Shown here piece after piece: positions 47,267 to 57,598 of a stretch of 64,000 nucleotides of DNA. Under the pieces are notes generated by a model. It did no database searches and had not been told where the DNA came from. It was given only the letters and a program-made list of their open reading frames with translations. This DNA comes from Promethearchaeota archaeon (GTDB lineage Archaea > Asgardarchaeota > Thorarchaeia > Thorarchaeales > Thorarchaeaceae). A program made the translations under genes and the position numbers. Numbering within the stretch: the first letter of the stretch is position 1; each line of letters opens with the position of its first letter. Location of the stretch: assembly GCA_014728035.1 (NCBI GenBank), contig WJMJ01000131.1:64001-128000 (forward strand), read 5' to 3'.

Positions 47267-49051
47267 ATGAAGACTAAAGAATTACGACAGAAATATCTTG
47301 ACTTTTTCAAAGAAAAAGACCACAAAGTCATAGGCTCAGCATCATTGATGCCTGAAAACGACCCTACAGTACTCTTCACCACCGCAGGAATGCATCCACT
47401 TGTACCGTTCTTACTAGGACAAAGACACCCGCAAGGAAAACGATTAGTAGATGTACAGAAGTGTATTCGAACTACAGATATCGATGAGGTGGGAGATACA
47501 ACACATCTAACATTCTTTGAGATGCTGGGAAATTGGAGTCTTGGAGATTACTGGAAAGAAGAAGCTATAACATGGAGTTACGAGTTCCTTACCTCAAAAA
47601 AATGGTTGGGAATAGACCCTGAAAGCCTCTCTATAACAGTTTTTGAAGGTGATGATGATGCTCCACGCGATGAAGAATCGGTAGAGGTCTGGAAGAAGGT
47701 GGGAATTCCTGAAGATAGAATCTATTATCTTCCGAAGAAAGACAATTGGTGGGGGCCAGCAGGCCAGACTGGTCCATGTGGACCTTGCACAGAAATGTTC
47801 ATTGAAATAAAGGGAATTCCAAAATGTAGTTCTGACTGTCAACCTGGTTGCAACTGTGGACATTTTGTGGAAATTTGGAATGATGTCTTCATGGAGTATA
47901 ACAAACAAGAGGATGGTACATATATCCAACTCAAACAAAAGAATGTTGACACAGGAATGGGAGTGGAAAGAACCGCAGCTATTCTACAAGGCGTTCCAAC
48001 CGTATATGATACAGATTTGTTTGTACCCCTAATAGACAAGGTCCGAGAATATATAGAAAAAGAGGATGAAACAGAACAAGACATCAGATACATCCGGATA
48101 ATTGTAGACCATGTAAAATCAGCAGTAATGATCATGTCGGATGATAGAAAAATATCTCCTTCCAATGTTGAACACGGGTACATTGTTCGACGTTTGCTTA
48201 GGAAAGCAATCCTAGGTTTAGACAAACTCGGAATAGAGAAGAACATAATGAAAGAGCTCGCCGAGATTGTTATTGATATGTACAAAGGCATCTATGAGGA
48301 AGTAGAACGAAATCGTGAATTTGTGATGGATAATTTAGAGCGTGAAGAGAAAAAGTTCAGACGAACATTGAGAAAGGCACTCAGAAAATTCAATCGTATA
48401 TATGATAAGAAGGGAAAAATCACTGGAGAAGATGCATTTCTACTATTCACTAGTTTTGGATTGCCGATTGAGATGACAAAAGACCTTGCAGAAGAGAGAG
48501 GATTCAGAATCGACATGAAGACGTTTCGAGAAGAATTCGAGCAACATCGAGATATTTCAAGAAGTGGAAGCGATAAGAAGTTTAAAGGAGGTCTCGCAGA
48601 TCATAGTGAGATTATTACCAAGCTGCATACTGCAACTCATCTTTTGCAGGCTGCTTTGCGAAAAATATTAGGGGAAACTGTAAAGCAAAAAGGAAGCAAT
48701 ATCACCAAAGATCGTCTGAGATTTGATTTCACGTTTCAGAGAAAACTCACAAAAGAAGAATTAGAACAGGTTGAGCAATTAGTAAACGAGGTCATTGAAA
48801 AAGACTTGAAAGTGACTCAGGAGTTCATGTCAATCGAGGAGGCTGAGGAAAGGGGAGCACTTGCATTCTTCACCGAAACCTATGGTGATGAGGTGTCGGT
48901 CTATTCGGTTGGTGACTTCAGCAAAGAAGTCTGTGGTGGGCCACATGTTGAACACACGGGAGTATTGGAACATTTCAGAATCAAAAAACAAGAAAATATT
49001 GGTGCGGGATTGGTAAGAATTCGAGCTATTGTAGAATCAAAATCATCGTAA
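47267..49051 (+). CDS. alaS: Alanyl-tRNA synthetase (short form, no C-Ala domain)
   Basis: LFTTAGM, FFEMLGNWS, VDTGMG, editing motifs HTATH and CGGPH. Confidence 0.96.
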   Translation: MKTKELRQKYLDFFKEKDHKVIGSASLMPENDPTVLFTTAGMHPLVPFLLGQRHPQGKRLVDVQKCIRTTDIDEVGDTTHLTFFEMLGNWSLGDYWKEEAITWSYEFLTSKKWLGIDPESLSITVFEGDDDAPRDEESVEVWKKVGIPEDRIYYLPKKDNWWGPAGQTGPCGPCTEMFIEIKGIPKCSSDCQPGCNCGHFVEIWNDVFMEYNKQEDGTYIQLKQKNVDTGMGVERTAAILQGVPTVYDTDLFVPLIDKVREYIEKEDETEQDIRYIRIIVDHVKSAVMIMSDDRKISPSNVEHGYIVRRLLRKAILGLDKLGIEKNIMKELAEIVIDMYKGIYEEVERNREFVMDNLEREEKKFRRTLRKALRKFNRIYDKKGKITGEDAFLLFTSFGLPIEMTKDLAEERGFRIDMKTFREEFEQHRDISRSGSDKKFKGGLADHSEIITKLHTATHLLQAALRKILGETVKQKGSNITKDRLRFDFTFQRKLTKEELEQVEQLVNEVIEKDLKVTQEFMSIEEAEERGALAFFTETYGDEVSVYSVGDFSKEVCGGPHVEHTGVLEHFRIKKQENIGAGLVRIRAIVESKSS

Positions 49052-49080
49052 TCAATAGAGTATCGGTGAGAGATGAATCT

Positions 49081-49959
49081 CTATGATAGTGTATTGTATG
49101 CCTCAAAGAAACTACTAGGTCCGTCAACAATGGTCTGGACCAATGTAGCACGCCCAAGTTCCTTATCGATGCGTTCGGCCATATGTGCTCCAGTGATATA
49201 CCAGAGGCGTTTATCACGTCCACTCATGACCTCTAGAATCTCGAAGTCCTCTTCTTCAAGTTCTCTGTTCTGTGTGTTTGCGAGCTTTTCATAGATTTCA
49301 AAAAATTCACTAATTCGTTTTAAACGAGTTTTAGAGTCAAAGAGGGCCTGATAGTCCTCATGCTCCATTCCTTTTTGCTCAAGACGCAATTCTAAGGGAG
49401 CATATACTGCAAGTCCTTCAAGATGAGTTGCATACTGTATGACTGCAATCAGGTCAGATATTCGCTTCAAATCATGAATTGAAAATATAGGATTGTGTAA
49501 GGTGAATCCAACATGATGTAGTTCATGCATGGACATAAACAGGAGTTCTCGGTGATCCTGTTGGAAAAAACTATGACCGAGATTAATTAGTGCTGAATCT
49601 TCCGAAACAATTCCGATATCATAACCAAAATTGGCGTAAAGATGGAATGTGGATGAATTCATTGATGGAAGATAGTGCATTAAAGATTTGAACATGCTTT
49701 GAAATGCATCTTTTCGTGTTTCAATATAATTAACACATTCTCTAATTGCGTGAACTACCGTTTCATCATCTATATGACGATTCAAGATATCAGTCCAGAA
49801 TTTCCGAATATCGCTATCAGTGTTCCCAAACCGTTTTGCATGCGAATAGGTAAGTCTTGCAGCAGGATGGGCTATAATCGATTCAATAGCCATCGAAGAG
49901 GAGAGACTCTCGATCACTAATTCAGCGAAAGAGAGGTCTATTTCGATGCTGGAACTCAT
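49081..49959 (-). CDS. Putative Zn-dependent protease (gluzincin-like)
   Basis: HELHH...EGLAVY motif. Confidence 0.7.
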   Translation of the reverse strand: MSSSIEIDLSFAELVIESLSSSMAIESIIAHPAARLTYSHAKRFGNTDSDIRKFWTDILNRHIDDETVVHAIRECVNYIETRKDAFQSMFKSLMHYLPSMNSSTFHLYANFGYDIGIVSEDSALINLGHSFFQQDHRELLFMSMHELHHVGFTLHNPIFSIHDLKRISDLIAVIQYATHLEGLAVYAPLELRLEQKGMEHEDYQALFDSKTRLKRISEFFEIYEKLANTQNRELEEEDFEILEVMSGRDKRLWYITGAHMAERIDKELGRATLVQTIVDGPSSFFEAYNTLS

Positions 49960-49973
49960 AAAGATTCACAAAC

Positions 49974-50714
49974 CTATTGATAACCGGGAATACCGTGGAT
50001 AAGAATGTAATCTTTTGCCAAAGAGCCTGCTTTTATTGCTTCGTCACGGCACAAATGAACTCTGCGAGAGGTTTCTGGTAATTCGTCATGTGTGGCTTCA
50101 ATTATTGCAATATCCGCATCGCGCACACCAGTTTCAAGGGATTCGCAATATCTAGTATCACCACTATATGCTACAATAGTCTGCCCAATGCGAATTCTAT
50201 ATCCTAATGCAGGCATGAAAATATCATCTTCAGTAACGTTCTCAAGACCATAATGCTTTACTTCAAAAGCTCTTGTCTTGAAAAAATCGGTATCGAATCC
50301 TGAGCCATCAAAGAGTTCATGAAACCACAAATCAAAAGGCAATGACTCTCTATAATTAGAACGGAAAAAAGAAACAATTTCTTCTACTTCTTTACAACCT
50401 TTTGGGATGAGAATATTTAATGGGAGAGACCTTCCCATCATCCGCATGTATCCCAACAACGTATAGAGACCGCCCATATGATCGAAATGCCCATGACTAA
50501 TAGCGATGACATCAACCTCGTTAACTATCTTATCGCCATATAGATCTAGAAGATCTCTAGTAGATCCATCTCCAACATCAAGAAGCATCATCTTTCCAGT
50601 AAATTTCGAGTATAACACGACAGTGTTGCTAATTCCAGCAGCACTATATGGAATTATAACTTTTACTTCATCATTTTCCCATTCCGACTTGATAGCAGGT
50701 TCGTTCTTCGTCAT
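49974..50714 (-). CDS. MBL-fold hydrolase, RNase Z-like
   Basis: LDVGDG, SHGHFDH, YSGDT, IEAT, H motifs. Confidence 0.82.
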   Translation of the reverse strand: MTKNEPAIKSEWENDEVKVIIPYSAAGISNTVVLYSKFTGKMMLLDVGDGSTRDLLDLYGDKIVNEVDVIAISHGHFDHMGGLYTLLGYMRMMGRSLPLNILIPKGCKEVEEIVSFFRSNYRESLPFDLWFHELFDGSGFDTDFFKTRAFEVKHYGLENVTEDDIFMPALGYRIRIGQTIVAYSGDTRYCESLETGVRDADIAIIEATHDELPETSRRVHLCRDEAIKAGSLAKDYILIHGIPGYQ

Positions 50715-50834
50715 GATTATCACATTGTAAGTGGAATATAACTCGTTGAATTGAAAGGAGTATCAAGAAAAGAAGAGGCATAAGGTAACAAAAACGTGTC
50801 GAATGCCACGTAATTATTACCTATGCAGAAGGGA

Positions 50835-52094
50835 TTATTCATAACCAAGTTCTGGAATTCTTGCAAGCCAGTTCATGAAGTATCCAATTAGTACGGATAT
50901 AACAAGTCCAGCTGTAGTAGTTAGAAGTACGTCAACCCAAGAAGGAGTTGCGCCGCCGAAGATTTGCATCCAGCTCCAATACGAAGAAGCCAAGGTCAAT
51001 CCTGAAAATGCAACTTTCTTAAGTGGGACTTTGACAGTTTTGGTCTGAAATACACCCATATCAGTAAGAGCTGCAGCCAAAGCACCGCCCTTGTCAGGTT
51101 TTAGCTTCAATGCTTTCGAAAACTTACCCACTGGCACTTTGGATTTTGGTTTTACAACGCGAAGTGCTTTTGGTGCATATTCAGCAATATCTTCTGAGAA
51201 GTATTGCACAGCATCTTGTTTTCCAATATGGCATTTTGAGCATTCCATTGCATCGGACTTCCACTTTTTACCACACTTTGGGCAACGTTTCCCATCCCAT
51301 GCAGATTTTGCTGCACTGCTAACTCTTGATACAAGTTCGTCCTTACTGATTTTATCCGCATCTTTCTTTGGCTTCCGCCGAAGTATTACTGCCTTTGGAA
51401 ATATTCCAACATCAGATGCAGTGTCTGCACCTCTAATTTTTCGTGCTGCGAGTATTCCTTGCTGGAAATCATCAAGTGCCAACAGCAATGAGAAAACAGA
51501 CATGACTGTAAACCCGACTGTAATCATACCAGCAACAGATGTGATGGCACCGATTCCGGTTTCACCAACATACAAAACAACACTATCCTGAATTGTCTTG
51601 TTTGTATCGGATACTGTTGATTCAGTGAAATTAGCAGTCGCATAGGTAATCAAGATGGTTCCAACTACGGTTCCACTGATGAGATTAACTCCACCCCCAG
51701 CTAGGCTACTAAGGGGAAAACTGAAGTTGAAAACATTTCCAGATGCAGAAGATGGTAGAATCTGCGACACATTTTCTTTTTGGTTGACAATCGGAATTGC
51801 CAGATATTCGACTAGGAATTCCATCGAATAAAACATAACATCTTCCAGTGGATCAATAGTAAGACTAAGAGATATGTTTTCAGACGGGCTCACTGGAATT
51901 GGATTTTCACTATTGGAGTCAGCTGCTGAAACCCCATTAGCAGTAAAGAGAAAAGCGAAGTTCTCATCACCACTCCACCCTGCAGGTGGTTGTGCAAAAA
52001 TGGGAGTAATAGAAGCTGAACAAAGAACACAAGTAATTGAGAGTACAAGTAGCAAATTAACGGTCTTCCACTGCAAACAATCGGACCTCCTCAA
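50835..52094 (-). CDS. Membrane protein (extracellular domain, TM, cytoplasmic zinc ribbon, 2 TM)
   Basis: Signal peptide, CPKC...CSKC, C-terminal hydrophobic helices. Confidence 0.7.
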   Translation of the reverse strand: MRRSDCLQWKTVNLLLVLSITCVLCSASITPIFAQPPAGWSGDENFAFLFTANGVSAADSNSENPIPVSPSENISLSLTIDPLEDVMFYSMEFLVEYLAIPIVNQKENVSQILPSSASGNVFNFSFPLSSLAGGGVNLISGTVVGTILITYATANFTESTVSDTNKTIQDSVVLYVGETGIGAITSVAGMITVGFTVMSVFSLLLALDDFQQGILAARKIRGADTASDVGIFPKAVILRRKPKKDADKISKDELVSRVSSAAKSAWDGKRCPKCGKKWKSDAMECSKCHIGKQDAVQYFSEDIAEYAPKALRVVKPKSKVPVGKFSKALKLKPDKGGALAAALTDMGVFQTKTVKVPLKKVAFSGLTLASSYWSWMQIFGGATPSWVDVLLTTTAGLVISVLIGYFMNWLARIPELGYE

Positions 52095-52139
52095 AGAGAT
52101 TGGCTAAGTAGTACATCTAATGATTTAACACTTTGGAGC

Positions 52140-52508
52140 TTAAGTGTCTGCATCGAGTAATTTCCGAATTTGCTGCTCAAATAACTCGTCATCTTCTTCA
52201 AGATCAAAAATCACTCGTCTATTAGGTGTGTTTTTTTCGGTTGGTGCCCAATTTATTACGACTCCAAAAAAAGAGCCACCAAACGCTGAAAGGAGTGCAA
52301 TAATTAGGTCATAAGGGCCAAGTGAAACAAAAATGTAGGTCAAAATATAAGCCATAACTCCAGCAAACATAGTAAAAACAAATAGGTATATCAACCGATT
52401 CAATAGACGAAACTTCTTTTTACTTCCTATGACATATCCGATGATAATTCCAAATATAAATCCAATAATTCCAACAAATACGTTAATGGATGAAACTGTT
52501 GCCTGCAT
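52140..52508 (-). CDS. Small three-TM hypothetical protein
   Basis: Three hydrophobic segments with an acidic tail. Confidence 0.65.
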   Translation of the reverse strand: MQATVSSINVFVGIIGFIFGIIIGYVIGSKKKFRLLNRLIYLFVFTMFAGVMAYILTYIFVSLGPYDLIIALLSAFGGSFFGVVINWAPTEKNTPNRRVIFDLEEDDELFEQQIRKLLDADT

Positions 52509-52618
52509 ACAATTATCACCATTTATTCAACATGATGCGTTCTAATACTGTTTGAATAGTACATCAGCAACTAGAAAAAGGTTTACTCCATAACTTCAGA
52601 CATATTGAAGTGAACGAT

Positions 52619-53176
52619 ATGGCTGAAGGAAATCTGATATTGGACGAGATTGTAAGAAGAAGGAGTGGAAGAGCATTCTCCTCAAGACCTATTGAAAGAG
52701 ACAAAGTTCACTCGATACTTGAAGCGGGTAGATGGGCCCCATCTTGTTCAAATACCCAAGCATGGCAATATATTGTCATACAAGAACATGAAGATCTTGC
52801 AAAAGCACATGATGCGCTAAGTAGAGGAAATGCATGGGGGAAAAATGCACCATTAATGGTCGTAGTAGCAGCAGCAGAAGATGGAGGATGTCCTGCACAT
52901 AATCTACCATATTTCATGATGGATGTTGGTCTAACGGTACAAAATATGCTAATACAAGCAGTGCATGTAGGTCTCATGGGACACCCTACAGCAGGATGGG
53001 ATGAGCACAAACTCAAAGAAATATTGGCGATTCCAGAATCCTATCGCATTGTTACCGTGGTTTTCTTTGGATATGAAGGCAACATCGAGGATCTAGATGA
53101 AAGAACAAGAGAAAAAGAAAAGAAAAGGTCTTCACGAAGACCCTTAGAGGAAATTGTACATTGGGAAAAATGGTGA
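52619..53176 (+). CDS. Nitroreductase family protein
   Basis: RRSGRAF, WAPSCSNTQAW, DVGLTVQNM, RRPLEEIV. Confidence 0.92.
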   Translation: MAEGNLILDEIVRRRSGRAFSSRPIERDKVHSILEAGRWAPSCSNTQAWQYIVIQEHEDLAKAHDALSRGNAWGKNAPLMVVVAAAEDGGCPAHNLPYFMMDVGLTVQNMLIQAVHVGLMGHPTAGWDEHKLKEILAIPESYRIVTVVFFGYEGNIEDLDERTREKEKKRSSRRPLEEIVHWEKW

Positions 53177-53194
53177 TACCAGTATTGAAACGTA

Positions 53195-53362
53195 TTAGGC
53201 CTTAACAGCCATCTGCGCACCACAATGCTCTGGAACATCTTGATGTCCGCAAGCAGGGCCCATCCAGCATACAAGCTGATCACCCTCTTGGTGCATATCT
53301 TTTCCACAATGAACGGGAACATCTACTTCTTTTCCACATTTTTCGCATACTAATTTCGCCAT
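53195..53362 (-). CDS. 55-aa Cys/His-rich metal-binding protein (tandem desulforedoxin-like repeat); absent from ORF track
   Basis: MAKLVCEKCGKEVDVPVHCGKDMHQEGDQLVCWMGPACGHQDVPEHCGAQMAVKA; GAGGTGA Shine-Dalgarno upstream. Confidence 0.8.
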   Translation of the reverse strand: MAKLVCEKCGKEVDVPVHCGKDMHQEGDQLVCWMGPACGHQDVPEHCGAQMAVKA

Positions 53363-53451
53363 ATCATAATCACCTCAAGAGCGAACGGTTTATAACTATA
53401 GTTAATTCTGAGAGTATATTAATCTGACTCTCTGGTAGTGGTTACTAACAA

Positions 53452-54720
53452 TCATTCTGGCAGATATTTGTCAGCAGATTCACGATAGACCTTCTCTTCG
53501 GTCTTGTGAGCTCCTGGAGTATCCAACTCAACATCTCTATAATCAGATCTGTCCTGAGATAAGATACTACGGAATACTTCGTGTTGGATTATCATTCTCT
53601 GCACCTCATTACTACCCGTCCAAATTGTAGCAAGTCTAGCATCGCGATATAAGCGTTCTATAGGATAGACATCTGTATACCCGATACCACCCAAAATTTG
53701 CATTGCTTCGTGTACAGCCTTAAAGCCTGCTTCAGTTGCATACACCTTAGCTTGTGATACCTCTTTTCTGCACCATGCTCCCGTATCAGCTACTTTTGCG
53801 GCATGATATACAAGGCCACGAGCAGCATCAAGTTCAGTAACACAATCAGCAACTTTGAAACTAATGCCTTCGTATCTACGAATAGAATGTCCAAAGGCTT
53901 CACGCTTATCAGCATATCGAGCCGCTATTTCTATCGCTGCACGACCCATACCAATTGGCCCAGCTGCTGAAGTGAGTCTTTCTGGAACCATCATGGCATT
54001 GAATACATCCGCTCCCTCGTTCAGATTACCGATGATTCGAAACGGAGGAATCTCAATATTGGACATGACAATTCTTGCAGCACCCATCCCCCTACATCCC
54101 ATTAGTTCATATTCTTCTTCGACCTCCACTCCATCATCACGTTCGACTACAAATGCCGTAAGGGATTTGTGGGGTTTTGCATCAAAATCAGTTTTTGCAT
54201 AAATGAGAAAATAGTCTGCTCCAATTCCTCCGGCTACAAATCGTTTCTGGCCGTTTATGATATACGAATCACCATTTTTGATAGCAGTTGTATTTGTGCC
54301 GAAGAAATCAGATCCACCCCTAGGTTCTGTCAGTCCCTCACCACAAATCAACTCACCTTTTATAGTAGGAGCCAAGTATGTTTTCTTTTGTTCTTCAGTG
54401 CCAAATTTGTTAATACCTTCTCCAATTATACTTGGGAGAGAGTATGCACATCCGAGCGCTATACCAAGAACCCCTATCTCTTCGATCGCTAGCATTTCGG
54501 AAACCCATCCAAGACCACGTCCACCATAATCTTTTGGAAAACGGAGGCCTAGAATATTTGCCTTGCCAGCATCTCTAATGAATTCATAAGGATACTCTTT
54601 CTCTTTAGAGTCCATTTTTAGCAGTAAAGTTCGGTCTACATTATCGCGCACAAAAGTACGGATTTCATCACGTATCTGTTTCTCATCTTCAGAGAGCAAT
54701 ACTTCAAACATCTTTCTCAT
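53452..54720 (-). CDS. Acyl-CoA dehydrogenase
   Basis: LTEPRGGSD, INGQKRF, REAFG, QILGGIGY, IWTGSNEVQR. Confidence 0.95.
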   Translation of the reverse strand: MRKMFEVLLSEDEKQIRDEIRTFVRDNVDRTLLLKMDSKEKEYPYEFIRDAGKANILGLRFPKDYGGRGLGWVSEMLAIEEIGVLGIALGCAYSLPSIIGEGINKFGTEEQKKTYLAPTIKGELICGEGLTEPRGGSDFFGTNTTAIKNGDSYIINGQKRFVAGGIGADYFLIYAKTDFDAKPHKSLTAFVVERDDGVEVEEEYELMGCRGMGAARIVMSNIEIPPFRIIGNLNEGADVFNAMMVPERLTSAAGPIGMGRAAIEIAARYADKREAFGHSIRRYEGISFKVADCVTELDAARGLVYHAAKVADTGAWCRKEVSQAKVYATEAGFKAVHEAMQILGGIGYTDVYPIERLYRDARLATIWTGSNEVQRMIIQHEVFRSILSQDRSDYRDVELDTPGAHKTEEKVYRESADKYLPE

Positions 54721-54736
54721 CCCACAAGACTTAGAA

Positions 54737-55078
54737 TTATGCACCACGTAGTAAAGAATCTAGTGTCTCTGATGAGCCACTTTCTCGTTCTATATGAATT
54801 GCATTTCTTGGACAAACAACTTCACAAACAAGACAAAGAATGCAATCAGCATCTCGAACAGGGTCTACCACACGACCATGATCAGGAGAAAGCCATACTG
54901 AAAATACCTTTGTTGGGCATGCAGGAACACATTTCATACATCCATTGCAGGAGGCAAGATGTACTCCAGCCGTTTTGCCATGAATGCACTCTGAACCATC
55001 AGGGCTAACCCATACAGGATGCCCACTATGTTCGCCCGTACAGTTCCATCGTTTGCGGAATTCCTTGTCAATTGGCAC
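54737..55078 (-). CDS. 2x4Fe-4S ferredoxin
   Basis: CNGCMKCVPACP and CILCLVCEVVCP. Confidence 0.9.
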   Translation of the reverse strand: MPIDKEFRKRWNCTGEHSGHPVWVSPDGSECIHGKTAGVHLASCNGCMKCVPACPTKVFSVWLSPDHGRVVDPVRDADCILCLVCEVVCPRNAIHIERESGSSETLDSLLRGA

Positions 55079-55124
55079 ATCAGGATAATGTGTTCCTGAA
55101 CTTATAGTCTATTTGGGAAAATAC

Positions 55125-55550
55125 TCAAAAGTCACCTAGACGATTTTCACCTTCTATCTGTTGGAGCGGAGTCAAATTAATGCTAGCCTCCAATGTCCCA
55201 AGATATGCTCCTTCACTGTCACGAATTGCAATGTACCGAATCAAAACTTTCCTTGGTTTATCACCAACAGGAAGGTCTATCCAGAAATCAATTTGGTCTC
55301 GTTCACCAGATTTAAGCTTCTTGAGTACTTTTTCTACCTTATCTAGACTATCGGATGGATGGCACATTCGAACATTTCGTCCAATCACACCAGGGCCTCT
55401 TTTAAATATCCGAGTGCCGTGTTTGTTCCAAAAGAGAACATCATCCTCTGCATCAATGACTGAAAATTCCACTGGAAGTACATCTAACATACTCGCCAAG
55501 AAATCAGTGTTCATTTCATCAAGTGCGTGGATAAGCGGTTTAATTGTCAT
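55125..55550 (-). CDS. Stand-alone PAS domain protein
   Basis: LPVEFSVID, IFKR...IGRNVRMCHP, IRDSEGAYLGTLE. Confidence 0.88.
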   Translation of the reverse strand: MTIKPLIHALDEMNTDFLASMLDVLPVEFSVIDAEDDVLFWNKHGTRIFKRGPGVIGRNVRMCHPSDSLDKVEKVLKKLKSGERDQIDFWIDLPVGDKPRKVLIRYIAIRDSEGAYLGTLEASINLTPLQQIEGENRLGDF

Positions 55551-55722
55551 AGTATAATAAAGTGAAAACCATCACTTATTGTTCTTTTCACTAATCAATC
55601 TTTTCAGATCAAGAGTATATTATTTGAGATATTGTAGATTCAATACGATTCTTCTCAAAGAAATAGCACCTTTTGCATCTATAACATATAGGAGTGTTTC
55701 ATATAATAAAAACACGATACCG

Positions 55723-55974
55723 TTGTCCTATAGATTAGATCCTAATCCTGATAAATTATCACGAGAAGATATTCTTTCATTAGTTTCATTTTGTCCTCTT
55801 TGTGGAAATAAATGGCCAAAGAAACAATACATTTGTTCAAATGGCCACTGTGGAGTAAAGGTACGCATTGAGCCCAAAGCCCATAACTGGTTTCTATTTT
55901 ATCCGAAGCATAATGGATGGGTGTATCTGGAAAGACGACTGCCAAGGATTTCGGAGGGAGAAAACAAGAGTTAG
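55723..55974 (+). CDS. Small zinc-ribbon protein
   Basis: FCPLCG...CSNGHC; start (TTG 55723) uncertain. Confidence 0.55.
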   Translation: MSYRLDPNPDKLSREDILSLVSFCPLCGNKWPKKQYICSNGHCGVKVRIEPKAHNWFLFYPKHNGWVYLERRLPRISEGENKS

Positions 55975-56045
55975 TGAGAAGACTAATTACATGGATTTTA
56001 TACAATATCACAATCAATAGCATGGGATGTGCAAGGTGAAGATAA

Positions 56046-56534
56046 ATGACTGACGTTTTCATCCGATATCAAACAACAACAGGAATAGAAAAGACAGTCA
56101 AATTCGATACGGCAGAAACCAAAATCAATTTAGACCTTCGGGATATCCAGTCAATTGACCTTTTACCACTTATTTGGTGTACAAGTTTGCAGGACTTGAG
56201 CCTTAGAAATAACCAAATTGTTCATCTTGACCTGACACCATTAGCAAAATGCAAAAGCCTCATCTGTTTAGCTCTGAATAATAACAAAATAGAATCCATT
56301 GATTTTAGCCCATTGTCAAGTTGTAAGAAGCTTGAGGAGATTTTCCTAAAAAAGAACAATCTCTCACGCATAGATATATCGCCACTCTTTCAGTGCAGTA
56401 ACCTTCAGACATTTGAAATCGACGAGTCAGTTTCAATGACAGCAAATATGCTACTAAGATCAATCGGAAATTGGCCATCAGTACTAGTACAACAATATGG
56501 GAAGATACTCTGGAAAGTTCCACGAAAAAGCTGA
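56046..56534 (+). CDS. Leucine-rich repeat protein
   Basis: Repeats LxxLxLxxNxIxxLDLxPL. Confidence 0.85.
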   Translation: MTDVFIRYQTTTGIEKTVKFDTAETKINLDLRDIQSIDLLPLIWCTSLQDLSLRNNQIVHLDLTPLAKCKSLICLALNNNKIESIDFSPLSSCKKLEEIFLKKNNLSRIDISPLFQCSNLQTFEIDESVSMTANMLLRSIGNWPSVLVQQYGKILWKVPRKS

Positions 56535-56539
56535 TGGTA

Positions 56540-57574
56540 TCAAAATATTGGAAGTATAACTAAGAATGCGAATACCATCAGACCAAAAATAGCTGATATA
56601 GGTACGGTAATAATCCAAGATATAACGATAGAACGAATCTGATCTTTTTTGATTGGTGTCTGCGAAATCCATCCCACAGCTATCAATGCGGCAACGAGAA
56701 CATGAGTACCACTTAGCGGCAATCCAAAATACGTCCCGACAAACATAACCATCGAAACGGAAACACTTGCAGATAATGCAGAAGAGGGGGAGAGCGTAAC
56801 TACTTCTGTAGAGAGTGTTTTGATAACCTTTCGGCCAACTACTACTAACCCGAAAGCCATTCCAACTCCTCCAACTAAGAGAGGAATCACAATACCTGGA
56901 AACACAAATGGGCCAAAGAAGACAGGCTCTTGAAAATCAGGTAGAGCAGTTAAGGGAGCTACTGCATTAGCAACATCATTCCCACCTCTACTTAGTGAGG
57001 TGATAATCAAGAAGACTGCAAGACCATAAGCAGCCAGTTCTTCTTGACGCTCACGCTGTGCCAGACCTGGCGCTCTAGATTGGATTCGCCGAACTCCTTT
57101 GAATACCACTGCAGCAATGCCAAAACCAACAACGGGAGAAATGACCCATCCAGCAAGAATCTCGACAATCACATTCCAAGAAATTATCTCCATGCCCCAA
57201 CCAGTCAACCCAAAAAACGGAGCGGATGCAGCCACACCAATAACTGAGCCGACTATACATTGTGTTGTGCTAATCGGAAGTCCTTTTGTTATAGAAGCAA
57301 GTAGAAGCCAAATTGCCATTGAGATAAGAACTGCAAACATCATTGTAGTCGTTAATTGTTGACCACTAATCAAATCAGACCCTACTTTCTCAGAGACCCC
57401 ACCACCAAGTGATAAAGCTCCGATAATATTGATGACCGCACCTATTGCAACAGCTGTGGTTACTGAAAAAACCTTAGCCCCAACAGCGGGACTCATTGTT
57501 TCATCATTGCTTCCAATCGCAAAAGCCACAATAAAGCCAATGACCAGTAATAGAAGAAGAATGACTAAATCCAC
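56540..57574 (-). CDS. pit: PiT family inorganic phosphate transporter
   Basis: GSND, PISTT, GGNDVANA, PLSGTH. Confidence 0.92.
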   Translation of the reverse strand: MDLVILLLLLVIGFIVAFAIGSNDETMSPAVGAKVFSVTTAVAIGAVINIIGALSLGGGVSEKVGSDLISGQQLTTTMMFAVLISMAIWLLLASITKGLPISTTQCIVGSVIGVAASAPFFGLTGWGMEIISWNVIVEILAGWVISPVVGFGIAAVVFKGVRRIQSRAPGLAQRERQEELAAYGLAVFLIITSLSRGGNDVANAVAPLTALPDFQEPVFFGPFVFPGIVIPLLVGGVGMAFGLVVVGRKVIKTLSTEVVTLSPSSALSASVSVSMVMFVGTYFGLPLSGTHVLVAALIAVGWISQTPIKKDQIRSIVISWIITVPISAIFGLMVFAFLVILPIF

Positions 57575-57598
57575 TAGAATGTCACACTCTTATCTTTT

